DNA from: an uncultured Spirochaetaceae bacterium
GTDB lineage: Bacteria; Spirochaetota; Spirochaetia; SZUA-6; DRHE01
Length of the DNA stretch: 48,196 nt
Assembly: GCA_964495755.1 (NCBI GenBank)
Contig: CAZBXU010000001.1
Span: forward strand, 14,798 to 62,993
Direction: 5' to 3'
A program made the position numbers and the translations under genes. The notes below the pieces were generated by a model. It did not search any database, was not told the origin of the DNA, and was given only the letters and a program-made list of their open reading frames with translations. This document shows, piece after piece, positions 18,997 to 27,962 of the stretch; the stretch's first letter is position 1; every line of letters begins with the position of its first letter.

Positions 18997-19917
18997 ATGG
19001 AATTGTTTGTGCTCGGAACAGGCGGCATGATGCCCCTGCCGTCTAGGAGCCTTACCTCGGTGCTGCTGCGGCGCGAGGGGGAGCTGTTTCTCTTCGACTG
19101 CGGTGAAGGCACCCAGGTGTCGCTGCGCCGCCTGGCTCTGCGCTGGAAGAAGATATCGGCCATATTCGTATCCCACACCCACGCCGATCACGTAACGGGG
19201 ATTCCCGGCATGCTGATGCTCTCCTCTCAGGTGGAGAGGGACGATCCCCTGTATGTCATCGGACCACCCCGGATCAAGGAGTACGTCCAGGCGAGCCGGA
19301 AAATTCTCGACATGTACATCAACTACGAGATCGTTGTGAAAGAGGTCTTCGGAGAGGAGACCGTCTTTGAGGGTGACGGCTTCAAGGTCCGTTCGTATCC
19401 CTTGTATCATACAAAACCCTGTCTGGCCTTCTGCCTGGAAGAAGATATGCGCGCCGGGGTGTTCGATCCGCAGGCCGCCGGCGCTCTGGGCATCCCCAGG
19501 GGACCTCTGTGGTCCACCCTCCAATCAGGCACTCCGGTTCGTCTAAACTCAGGTGTCGAAGTGAAGCCGGAACAGGTTATGGGTCCCAGGCGGGCGGGGC
19601 GAAAGTTCAGTTTCGTCACCGATACGACCTGGGTTCCCGGCGCACCTGAGTTTATACGGGATTCGGATCTGCTGATCTGCGAGGGAATGTTCGGTGAAGA
19701 ACTGGCAGAAGATGCCGCGGAAAAGAAGCACCTGACCGCTGTTCAAGCGGCTCAGATCGCCCGGCAGGGAAGGGTCGGTCGGCTCGGTCTGATCCATTAC
19801 AGCCCTCGCTACACCGAACGGGACCTCAGGAATCTGCTCAATCAGGCCAAGAAAATTTTCCCCCGAACCTTCCTGACCCGGGATCTCCAGATCATCGATT
19901 TGCCCTATCGGGAGTAG
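18997..19917 (+). CDS. rnz: Ribonuclease Z (metallo-beta-lactamase fold tRNA 3' endonuclease)
   Basis: MELFVLGTGG..LFDCGEGTQ..HTHADH motif set. Start chosen at the third ATG (18997), which gives the canonical N-terminus. Confidence 0.85.
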   Translation: MELFVLGTGGMMPLPSRSLTSVLLRREGELFLFDCGEGTQVSLRRLALRWKKISAIFVSHTHADHVTGIPGMLMLSSQVERDDPLYVIGPPRIKEYVQASRKILDMYINYEIVVKEVFGEETVFEGDGFKVRSYPLYHTKPCLAFCLEEDMRAGVFDPQAAGALGIPRGPLWSTLQSGTPVRLNSGVEVKPEQVMGPRRAGRKFSFVTDTTWVPGAPEFIRDSDLLICEGMFGEELAEDAAEKKHLTAVQAAQIARQGRVGRLGLIHYSPRYTERDLRNLLNQAKKIFPRTFLTRDLQIIDLPYRE

Positions 19918-20002
19918 AAGATCCCTTGACGCTTTAAGGCCGTTGATATTATTTTAGCCACAAAATGCGATAAATAACTACGGGATTTAGAAAGGTAGAT
20001 TC

Positions 20003-20938
20003 ATGATCGAGGTAAGCAACCTGGGCAAGCGGTATGGAACCCTGGAAGCGATTCGGGGAGTCAACTTCTCTATCAATCCGGGAGAAGTGGTGGGACTGCT
20101 CGGCCCCAACGGCGCCGGGAAGACCACAATTATGAAGATTCTGACCTGTTTTATATTTCCCAGCTTCGGAACCGCCACGGTCAATGGATGGGACATCTTC
20201 GAAAGACCGTTGGAGATCAAGAGGTTGGTCGGCTATTTGCCGGAAAATGCGCCGTTGTACACGGATCTGAACGTTCTGGAATACCTCAGCTTCATGGCTG
20301 AATCCCGCTCCCTGAAGGGAAATGCCAAAGCGGAGCGGATCGAATGGGCGGTAGAGGAGTGTGGTCTGAAGAGCGTTGTCTACCGAGGCATCGATACCAT
20401 TTCAAAAGGATTTCGGCAGCGCACCGGCCTTGCCCAGGCGCTTCTTCACAATCCGGAGATTCTTATCCTGGATGAACCGACCACGGGCCTCGATCCCAAT
20501 CAGATCATCGAGATTCGAGAGCTGATAAAGCGCTTGGGCAAGGAAAAGACCGTAATCCTTTCGACCCACATCCTCCAGGAAGTGGAGGCGACCTGCGGAC
20601 GCGTTTTGATCCTGAACGAGGGGCAGATCGTGGCCAAGGGCAGCCCGGAGGAGATCAACCGAGAGATGAAGGGGGAGTTGCTTCTCGAGCTCTTGCTGAA
20701 AGGAGATCGAGAGCCGGCCGATGTTGACCGAGTGTCCGGCGTGCGGGATCTGTTGAAAAGCTCGTCCCCGGGGGAAGGGCTTCACCAACTCCAGATCGCT
20801 CTTCTTCCTGATTCCGGTGGCGAGGAGGCGGTATTCGATTGGGCGGTCAAGGAGGGATACAAAATTCTGTCAATGGTGCCCAAGCGACTCAGTTTGGAAG
20901 AGTTGTTCATAAAATTGACTCGGGAAGGAAGAGAATAA
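20003..20938 (+). CDS. ABC-2 type transporter ATP-binding protein (GldA-like)
   Basis: Walker A GPNGAGKTT, signature-like ISKGFRQR, Walker B ILILDEPTTGLD. The stop overlaps the permease start (TAATG). Confidence 0.9.
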   Translation: MIEVSNLGKRYGTLEAIRGVNFSINPGEVVGLLGPNGAGKTTIMKILTCFIFPSFGTATVNGWDIFERPLEIKRLVGYLPENAPLYTDLNVLEYLSFMAESRSLKGNAKAERIEWAVEECGLKSVVYRGIDTISKGFRQRTGLAQALLHNPEILILDEPTTGLDPNQIIEIRELIKRLGKEKTVILSTHILQEVEATCGRVLILNEGQIVAKGSPEEINREMKGELLLELLLKGDREPADVDRVSGVRDLLKSSSPGEGLHQLQIALLPDSGGEEAVFDWAVKEGYKILSMVPKRLSLEELFIKLTREGRE

Positions 20939-21660
20939 TGTTGAGCAATATCATTCCGGTTATCAAGAAAGAACTGAAATCCTACTTCAACTCCCCGATC
21001 GCCTATGTTTTGGTGGTGACCTTTCTGGCTTTCTCGAGCGTTTGGGTCTTTTATCTCCAGACCTTCTTCGCAAGTAATATCGCTTCGCTTCGGAGCTTTT
21101 TCTCCGTGATTCCGATCGTCTTTATCATCGTGATGCCCGCCCTGACCATGCGGAGCTGGGCGGAGGAGAAAAAGCTGGGGACCATAGAAGTGCTGATGAC
21201 CCTGCCGTTTCGAGAGAGCACCCTCGTGTTGGGCAAGTTCATCGCCGCCCTCAGCCTGCTACTGATCATGATTGCTCTAACCCTTCCCCTTCCCCTGCTG
21301 CTCGGTCGTTTTGGAGATTTCGACTGGGGAGAAATTCTGGGGCAGTACATCGGAGTTGTCCTGCTGGGCGCTGCGGGCATTTCCGTGGGTATGTTTGTAT
21401 CCTCCCTGATGTCCAATCAGATCAGCTCATTTCTGATCAGCCTGTTTGTGCTGCTCGTGCTCACCCTGATCTCGCAGGTGAATTTCGTATTCTCCCTTCC
21501 ACTCTGGGCCGTGGGTGTGGTGAATTTCCTGTCCTTCGGCCACCACTTCTCCAACTTCCAGAGGGGGCTCATCGATACCAGAGACTTTCTTTACTACGCG
21601 GTGGTAAGCGGTCTGTTCCTGTATCTCAACACCAAGACCCTGATTTTCAAGAAATGGTAA
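20938..21660 (+). CDS. ABC-2 type transporter permease (GldF-like)
   Basis: 240 aa from the ATG at 20938 (MLSNIIPVIKKELKSYFNSPIAYV..), with about 6 predicted TM segments. The upstream part of track ORF 20839 lies inside the ATPase gene. Confidence 0.8.
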   Translation: MLSNIIPVIKKELKSYFNSPIAYVLVVTFLAFSSVWVFYLQTFFASNIASLRSFFSVIPIVFIIVMPALTMRSWAEEKKLGTIEVLMTLPFRESTLVLGKFIAALSLLLIMIALTLPLPLLLGRFGDFDWGEILGQYIGVVLLGAAGISVGMFVSSLMSNQISSFLISLFVLLVLTLISQVNFVFSLPLWAVGVVNFLSFGHHFSNFQRGLIDTRDFLYYAVVSGLFLYLNTKTLIFKKW

Positions 21661-21673
21661 AGGAGGAGACCAA

Positions 21674-23275
21674 ATGAAGAAACGCGCTGAAATCATTCTT
21701 TTTATCCTCGGGCTGATCCTCATCCTCCTGATTGGTTTGAACGCAAGCCGATACTTCACCCGGATCGATCTGACGGAGAACAAAGCCTTCACCATTTCCA
21801 GGGTTTCTCGGGAGCTGTTCCGGGATATTCCGGACCGGGTGTTTCTGACCTATTACGTGTCGGACAAACTGAAGTCTCTCTACGCCTTCCCGTTTCAGAT
21901 CGAGGACCTGCTGTACGAGTACGCCGCGTACTCGAGGGGCAGCATCAAGGTCGAGGTCCTCGATCCCATGAAGGCGGGTGAGCAGAGCCGGGCGGAGAGC
22001 TTGGGTGTATTCCCACAGCAGATAGAGGTGATCGAGCAGGACGAGAGGAGCTTTGCCCAGGTTTATACAGGGGTCGTGATCCAATATCTCGACCGCTACG
22101 AAACAATTCCGGTGGTATCTCAGGTGGAGACTCTGGAATACGATCTTACCTCGCGAATCCGCAAAATCGTCACCGAAGAGGAACGTTCCATTGGCATATT
22201 GACCGGAGACGCGTCGCGGCAGATCCAGAAGGATTTCAACACCCTGATGGCCAGTCTATCGGTGGATTTCGACATCCGGGAGATCGGAAGGGGAGAGGAT
22301 ATACCGGTGGACATCGATGTTCTGTTCGTTCTTGGCGGGCGTGACCTGGACGCCTTTGATCTGTTCCCCATCGATCAGTACATAATGCGAGGCGGGCGGG
22401 TTCTGTTTGCCGTAGAGGGCATGGATCTGGATTTGATGCGGGGAATTGTTCCCCGAAAACTAGAAAACACGGAAATCTTGTCGATGCTCGAGCACTACGG
22501 TGTGGAGGTGAAACAGGCATTCGTGTTGGACAAGTATTCCAAGAACTTTCGGGTCCCCAGGCAGATATTAGGACAGATTATGTGGGAGGTGATGGACAAA
22601 TATCCTTACTGGATAACCGTGGCCAACCAGTTCGTGTCGAAGGAGAACCCGATCACGGCTCGATTCCAAGGTTTGGATCTCCTGTGGGCAAGTCCCCTTG
22701 AGATCATCGAACGGCCTGGAATCGAAGCGGAAGTCCTTCTCAACACGACCCCGGAGGCCTGGATTCAGGATCAGGAGCCCTTTGAAACCAACCCTCAACG
22801 AGCCGCGATGCTGGAGTTCATGGGTCATGACAGTGAGGGGCAGTATCCTTTGGCCGTTGCTCTACGGGGATCCTTCTCCAGCTATTTCGCGGATCGGCGG
22901 ATTCCCATCAGAGAGGGGGAGGAGCGGGAATGGAACGAGGTGGAGGAGCGGGGAAGCGAGACTCGTCTGATTGTAATCGGAGACGCCGACTTTGCCAGTG
23001 AGCTGTATCAGTACAGCGGCGGCAACTACAACCCCGAGTTTTTGGCCAATACAGCGGAATGGCTCAGCAATTCCGAGGATCTCCTCGAGATCAAGACCCG
23101 AGTGGCCCGGGATACGCGGTTGAACAAGATCCAGGAGCCGGGGGCGCGCCTGCGGGCCGCTCTGTTTACTCAAGTGTTCAATCTAATTGTTGTTCCTTTG
23201 GCAGTTGTTGTTTTCGGCATCCTCCGCCTCGTCTTTCGACGGCGCAGGGCTGCGATCCGGGAACAGGAGGGTTAG
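21674..23275 (+). CDS. GldG-like ABC transporter auxiliary protein (ABC_transp_aux type)
   Basis: 533 aa. N-terminal TM, then the characteristic RIDLTENKAFTIS motif, a large extracytoplasmic domain and a C-terminal TM (FTQVFNLIVVPLAVVVFGIL). Confidence 0.75.
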   Translation: MKKRAEIILFILGLILILLIGLNASRYFTRIDLTENKAFTISRVSRELFRDIPDRVFLTYYVSDKLKSLYAFPFQIEDLLYEYAAYSRGSIKVEVLDPMKAGEQSRAESLGVFPQQIEVIEQDERSFAQVYTGVVIQYLDRYETIPVVSQVETLEYDLTSRIRKIVTEEERSIGILTGDASRQIQKDFNTLMASLSVDFDIREIGRGEDIPVDIDVLFVLGGRDLDAFDLFPIDQYIMRGGRVLFAVEGMDLDLMRGIVPRKLENTEILSMLEHYGVEVKQAFVLDKYSKNFRVPRQILGQIMWEVMDKYPYWITVANQFVSKENPITARFQGLDLLWASPLEIIERPGIEAEVLLNTTPEAWIQDQEPFETNPQRAAMLEFMGHDSEGQYPLAVALRGSFSSYFADRRIPIREGEEREWNEVEERGSETRLIVIGDADFASELYQYSGGNYNPEFLANTAEWLSNSEDLLEIKTRVARDTRLNKIQEPGARLRAALFTQVFNLIVVPLAVVVFGILRLVFRRRRAAIREQEG

Positions 23276-23278
23276 GTC

Positions 23279-24265
23279 ATGGCAGTTTTATCATTTCGGC
23301 GCAAGGTACTGATTCTTGGCGCGATTATCGCCGTGCTCGCAGCGGCGTACGTCCTGGGTTTGGTGTTTTCCCCCGCCAGAATGGGAAGGAGAGAGGCGGA
23401 AACTCCGCTGCTTCCTGACTTAAACCGCAACCAGCGGGATCTGGTGGCCGCTGTCGAGCTCAGCGGCGAAGAGGGAAGCCTGAAGCTGGTCAAGAACGAG
23501 GAGTCCTGGGTACTGCCCGGAGGCGCTCGGGAGTATCCTGCGTCCCGGTCACGGATCGACGCCTTTTTTAATTTTTTGGCAGAGACGAAAAGCACTCGGG
23601 TCGTCACCGACAATCCCCAAGCCTGGCCGGATTTCGGGGTCGGCGACGAAGCACGCCGGCGGATCCGATTGTTCGACGGAGCGGGGAATATTCTGACTGA
23701 CATCATCGTCGGCAAAGCCGCCGCGGGCGGCGGTGCCGATTATGTTCGTCTCGGCGACGGCAACGACGTCGTGCTGTCAAACCGCAGCTTCGATTACTAC
23801 CTTAACGTGGAGGACAAATTCTGGTCCTACTTGAGGATCTTTCCCGAAGACCTGGAAGGACAGAGTCTCATGCGCATATCCGTCGACAGTCCCGGGCCTC
23901 TTCACTATACCCTTGTCCTCGATGCAGAACAGCGGAACCTCTGGCGTGTCGCAGGTCAGCCCCAGCTGCCTCTGGACAATGCCGAGGTCGATCTTCTGGC
24001 CAACAATTTGGCCGATCTGGAGGGAACGGAGTTCGCTGCTGCGGTCGACCGTGCAGAAGCAGGACTGACGGATCCGGCCGCACGGATTCTGCTGTCTACC
24101 CAGGATGACAAAGATTTTAGACTCCTTATCGGTGGGGCCGCCGGGGAGGATCAGCTGTACGTTGCTCTGGAAGACGGGCCCTATATCTATAAAGTGTCGG
24201 AGTGGCGCCTGAAGGGGATTCTCAAACCGGTAGATGATCTGCTGGAGGAGCAGTCGCAGGAGTAG
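23279..24265 (+). CDS. DUF4340-like membrane-anchored protein (the usual partner of GldG-like genes)
   Basis: 328 aa with an N-terminal TM anchor. Positioned 3 nt after the GldG-like gene. Overall similarity is by recollection only. Confidence 0.6.
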   Translation: MAVLSFRRKVLILGAIIAVLAAAYVLGLVFSPARMGRREAETPLLPDLNRNQRDLVAAVELSGEEGSLKLVKNEESWVLPGGAREYPASRSRIDAFFNFLAETKSTRVVTDNPQAWPDFGVGDEARRRIRLFDGAGNILTDIIVGKAAAGGGADYVRLGDGNDVVLSNRSFDYYLNVEDKFWSYLRIFPEDLEGQSLMRISVDSPGPLHYTLVLDAEQRNLWRVAGQPQLPLDNAEVDLLANNLADLEGTEFAAAVDRAEAGLTDPAARILLSTQDDKDFRLLIGGAAGEDQLYVALEDGPYIYKVSEWRLKGILKPVDDLLEEQSQE

Positions 24266-24269
24266 GCAC

Positions 24270-24289
24270 GTCCTGACTATCGTCAGGAC
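24270..24289. terminator. Perfect 8-bp hairpin between convergent genes (possible bidirectional terminator, no U-tract)
   Basis: GTCCTGAC-TATC-GTCAGGAC lies in the 32-nt gap between the stop at 24265 (+) and the stop at 24298 (-). Confidence 0.3.
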
Positions 24290-24297
24290 AGCCCAGA

Positions 24298-25425
24298 CTA
24301 TCGTCCGGGTTTGCCGGCGACGCGAGAGGCGGCAATCGCGCTTCGGTACTTATTAGGGTCCGCTCGAAACGCGATGATTTGACCGCCCCCGGCGGATTCA
24401 GCCTGTTTCAATGCCTGGCTGACCTCGGTGAGCAGTCTGTTCGGACTTATCAATCGTCCGTTGCGCGCACTCAAACCGATGGAGATGTTGACCGGCCCGG
24501 ACCAGGAACCCGGACGAAGTATGCTTTGGAAACCACGGGCTTCCTGCAAAGACTGATCCAGGTCCTTGTCTGGAAAGATTACCGCTGCGGCTCGGGAGTC
24601 ATACTCGAAGGCCAGGTCCCGGAAGGGAAACGCTTCAAGGATGTGCTTCGCCAGCACTTTGAGATCGTGTCTGTCCAGCTCAGGGGAACCGATAAGGAGC
24701 AGGGACAGGTCCTGATCCGAGGCGGCAGCCCTTTCGAGCTCCGAGCCAAGACGCTGGACCAGATGATCGTTCCAGCCCAAGCCAGTTTCTGCAGAAAACA
24801 ACCCCGCTGCGCTACTGGAAGAGGTCTCTATCGGTCTGGACCGCATGGGTTTTGAAGCTGTTTCAGGATCCCTGCTGGTGGCGGCAGCTAGCAGGAACAC
24901 TGTGGCGATCATCAAGTAGACGAGAACGATGTAGAAGATTTCTCGAAGGATTGGATACATTTCCGTTTTTTCCAGATCCTGAAAGATTCCGTCGATATAC
25001 AGATCCTTCCGGATTCCCGGACTGAACAACAGGGTGATGGGGCTTTCGTACAAGGGGCGAAGCGTGTATTCAGGGGCCCCGTTCCAGGAGGCAGAACCCG
25101 CCGCGGTGGGCGCTTCGACCAGGTAGCGCTGATCTTTGGATATCAGATATAAGATGCCCTCGCGAGAGGAGTAGACGGCAAGGAGGAGGAGGCGATCGGT
25201 GGTCAGGAATTCCTGCCTTACAGTTGTCTTGAAATACTCGGCGTTGAAATCTCCCTCGGCCAGGTATACCGAGAGGGCTGAGATTCTTATGCTCTCCAAG
25301 TTCTCTACGGATTCTTTCCGGTTGCCGTCGATTGTTAGTTTTAGACGATAGGCGGTGAACATGAGGATAAATAGCAGAAATACAACACTTATTATATAAT
25401 AAAAATTGACGATCCGCTGATTCAT
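24298..25425 (-). CDS. Membrane sensor protein with a degenerate GGDEF-like cytoplasmic domain
   Basis: 375 aa: TM1, an extracytoplasmic domain of about 150 aa, TM2, then a GGDEF-fold-like region (GLFSAETGLGWNDHL..DLSLLLIG..AFEYDSRAAAVIFP..ISIGLSA..AL.QAESAGGGQIIAF) with YDSRA in place of GGDEF. Confidence 0.55.
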   Translation of the reverse strand: MNQRIVNFYYIISVVFLLFILMFTAYRLKLTIDGNRKESVENLESIRISALSVYLAEGDFNAEYFKTTVRQEFLTTDRLLLLAVYSSREGILYLISKDQRYLVEAPTAAGSASWNGAPEYTLRPLYESPITLLFSPGIRKDLYIDGIFQDLEKTEMYPILREIFYIVLVYLMIATVFLLAAATSRDPETASKPMRSRPIETSSSSAAGLFSAETGLGWNDHLVQRLGSELERAAASDQDLSLLLIGSPELDRHDLKVLAKHILEAFPFRDLAFEYDSRAAAVIFPDKDLDQSLQEARGFQSILRPGSWSGPVNISIGLSARNGRLISPNRLLTEVSQALKQAESAGGGQIIAFRADPNKYRSAIAASRVAGKPGR

Positions 25426-25489
25426 CTTATTATTATTATAGGCGAATCGATGGCATAAGTATACTCTTTTTGAGGTAAGGAGATACAGG

Positions 25490-26338
25490 ATGAAGGTACG
25501 TCCCCGAAGTCTTCCTCCCGGCTGGTATCCCGGAGGGCGAAGTCAGACGATTTTGGAAATCGAGGAGTTTAGCCGCTCCTTCGAAAAACCGGAGAAACCC
25601 GCAGTCGCCGGTGTCGCCCCTCATGCCGGCTGGAGTTTTTCCGGCTCGATTGCCTGCCACGTGTTCCAAAGCATTCCCAGAGACACGGATACAGTTGTTG
25701 TGGTCGGTGGACATCTGGCGCCTCATTCGGGTCTGCTTGCTGCCTTCGAGGAGGGATATGAAACACCCCTGGGTGTGCTGGAAAGTGATTTGGAGTTGCT
25801 CGAGGTTCTTGGAAATACTCTCTCAATACACGAAGATCGGGATGCCGACAATACAGTGGAGGTGCAGCTGCCCCTGCTGAAATACTTCCACCCCGAAGCA
25901 CGAGCCCTTCACATGAGGGCTTCTCCCTCCGAGGAGGCGCTGCAATTGGGCGCGGAATTGGCCAAAGCGGCAACAGGTCTGAAAAAAAAGATCGCTGTTG
26001 TTGGATCCACGGATCTAACCCACTACGGCGGGAATTACGGATTTTCCCCTCATGGTTCGGGTCCGAAAGCGGTGAAGTGGGTGAAAGAAGTCAATGACAA
26101 GCGTATCGTCGATGCGCTGCTATCCCTGGAACTCGACAGAGCCATGGAGTACGCCCGCCGCGAGCAATCGGCCTGTTCCGTCGGTGGAGCCGTGGCCGCG
26201 GCCTGTTTTGCCGCACAGACAGGTGCGGAAAAAGGAGAACTCCTCGAGTACAAGACCAGCTACGACGTGTATCCGGGACCGTCCTTTGTAGGCTATGCGG
26301 GAATCATCTTTCCAAGAAACGACGAGCCACCTCGATAG
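25490..26338 (+). CDS. Memo-like protein (AmmeMemoRadiSam system protein B family)
   Basis: 282 aa. PGWYPG near the N-terminus, APHAGWSFSG, and His/Asp-rich metal-site-like motifs (DNTVEVQLP, GSTDLTHYG). Confidence 0.75.
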   Translation: MKVRPRSLPPGWYPGGRSQTILEIEEFSRSFEKPEKPAVAGVAPHAGWSFSGSIACHVFQSIPRDTDTVVVVGGHLAPHSGLLAAFEEGYETPLGVLESDLELLEVLGNTLSIHEDRDADNTVEVQLPLLKYFHPEARALHMRASPSEEALQLGAELAKAATGLKKKIAVVGSTDLTHYGGNYGFSPHGSGPKAVKWVKEVNDKRIVDALLSLELDRAMEYARREQSACSVGGAVAAACFAAQTGAEKGELLEYKTSYDVYPGPSFVGYAGIIFPRNDEPPR

Positions 26339-27962
26339 ACCAGTCCCGTACCTTCCTCAAGCGCAGGTGCTCCTTGGCCGCGTCTTTCGGATCATGCTCG
26401 CGAAATGCTGCGACGGCCGGATACAGGGTGATCCAGAGCGAACGCTGATCCTCTTGAAGATCGAGCAGATAGCGGCTGATCGGTGTTGTGGGCCGCGGCA
26501 GATCCTGCAGACCCTTTAAGTAGTTTCGCAAGAATTCTCTCCAGTCCGACCGCGGGGCACCGGCGGCAAGGATCTTTCCGCCAAAGGAACGTGCACTCCG
26601 TCCTCGCGGTTGCAGCTCAAGGGGTACGCCCTTGCCAGGTAGAGGAATAACCCGGGCGTCGAACTCCTGCAGATATCTCTCCAGTCTTTCTTTGTATCCT
26701 ATCAGTGGTCTGGTGGTGTAGCGTAGAATCCCGTGCACCCGGTCTTTCATGATCGTTTTGTTTTTCAGAATAAAGGATAGAAACAGGCTTTCCGAAGGGG
26801 ATAGAAGATCCTCCTGCGATCGAAACAATGGGTACAGATACGTACCCCGACAATAGGCTTTGCCTTCGGGATAGGAAAAATCCACTCCCAGTAGATAGAT
26901 TTCCCGAGCACCGAGGTACTCAGCCAGGGATACCGCGGCATGGGAGACGTTGCCCCCTGAGGTGTCTATGAACGGCAGCGGTCGCCAGTGCGTGCTCAGA
27001 TACAGCGACAGGGGATGGCTGCTGGTGAAGAAAATGCCGCGCTTCGTCAACCGGGTGAGCACCGGAGGGGAAGCAAGGTCGAGAAGCAATGGGACCTCAT
27101 CGGGTAGACCTCGAAGAAAATGATGGTAGCTGACCAACTGACAATCTATCGAAATCACGAGATCCGGTTTTAATCCGTAGCTCAGAAGGGCGGGCAGGGA
27201 CGTGTCTGAAGCGATTAGAAACCCCGTATCCCTTATCTTTCGAAGTTCCGCTATCTGGGATTCCAAAGACGGACCGGCGCCGGTAACGAATGCCCGGCGA
27301 ACCGGTTTCACAATCACCGTGGATGCCTGCACTGCGGGAAGATTAGACAACGTGTTTACGTACCACTTTTTCCCGAACTGGGCCTGCACGGTGTAGTCGT
27401 CGGCTACCATGCCGATTAGCTCCTGGATCGCACGCATCACTTCAGTGTAGTACTGCCCTCCAAACTCGATGCTGGGCCGCAGGGGCACGGTCTTCATGTC
27501 ACCGTATATAGCCGGCAGATAATCCGAGAGCAGAAAATCTTTGACCTTCTCGGGATCAACTCCTGCGAGAAGGCGGACCCGGGGGTCGAGGAGAATCCTC
27601 CTCAGATCGAGATGTTCGAGCACGGCCCGGAGGAAGGCTGGGTCTTTTTCAATGACGACAATTCTTGAAACCTCAGAGCTGTCGAGGAAGGGTTGAATTT
27701 GATAGCCACCCCCGAGGCCGAGAAACACCAGGTAGCCCGCTCCGCGGTAGCTGTGGAAAAAACGGCGGCCTTCTTTCTGCGGATCCACGGTGGAGTGCAT
27801 CTGAGTGGGACGTTCACCGTAGGCCGGGACCGGTGCACCGCTGCGGCTGGTGATAAAGGTTGTCTCCAAACTGGGTCGGGTGCGGCTGATCAACCTGCCC
27901 AGCTGGGGGTGATTCGCCGACAGGGCCAACAGGTTTCGTTCGACAACAGAAGGTGTGCTCAT
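26304..27962 (-). CDS. Maf-like (motility-associated factor; DUF115/MptE-like) protein, paralogue 2
   Basis: 552 aa. N-terminal ERNLLALSANHPQL, FLGLGGGY, GAGPSL, SDTSLPALLSYGLKPDLVISIDCQ, GGNVSHAAVSLAEYLGAREIYLLGVDFSY. The start overlaps the upstream stop (ATGA). Confidence 0.7.
   Translation of the reverse strand: MSTPSVVERNLLALSANHPQLGRLISRTRPSLETTFITSRSGAPVPAYGERPTQMHSTVDPQKEGRRFFHSYRGAGYLVFLGLGGGYQIQPFLDSSEVSRIVVIEKDPAFLRAVLEHLDLRRILLDPRVRLLAGVDPEKVKDFLLSDYLPAIYGDMKTVPLRPSIEFGGQYYTEVMRAIQELIGMVADDYTVQAQFGKKWYVNTLSNLPAVQASTVIVKPVRRAFVTGAGPSLESQIAELRKIRDTGFLIASDTSLPALLSYGLKPDLVISIDCQLVSYHHFLRGLPDEVPLLLDLASPPVLTRLTKRGIFFTSSHPLSLYLSTHWRPLPFIDTSGGNVSHAAVSLAEYLGAREIYLLGVDFSYPEGKAYCRGTYLYPLFRSQEDLLSPSESLFLSFILKNKTIMKDRVHGILRYTTRPLIGYKERLERYLQEFDARVIPLPGKGVPLELQPRGRSARSFGGKILAAGAPRSDWREFLRNYLKGLQDLPRPTTPISRYLLDLQEDQRSLWITLYPAVAAFREHDPKDAAKEHLRLRKVRDWSIEVARRFLER

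Noticed and set aside
25451-25467. TGGCAT-N5-TACTC resembling the -24 element of a sigma-54 promoter between the GGDEF-like and Memo-like genes
   Set aside because: The -12 GC/TTGC element is missing, so this is only a half-site match and is likely chance in an AT-rich divergent region.
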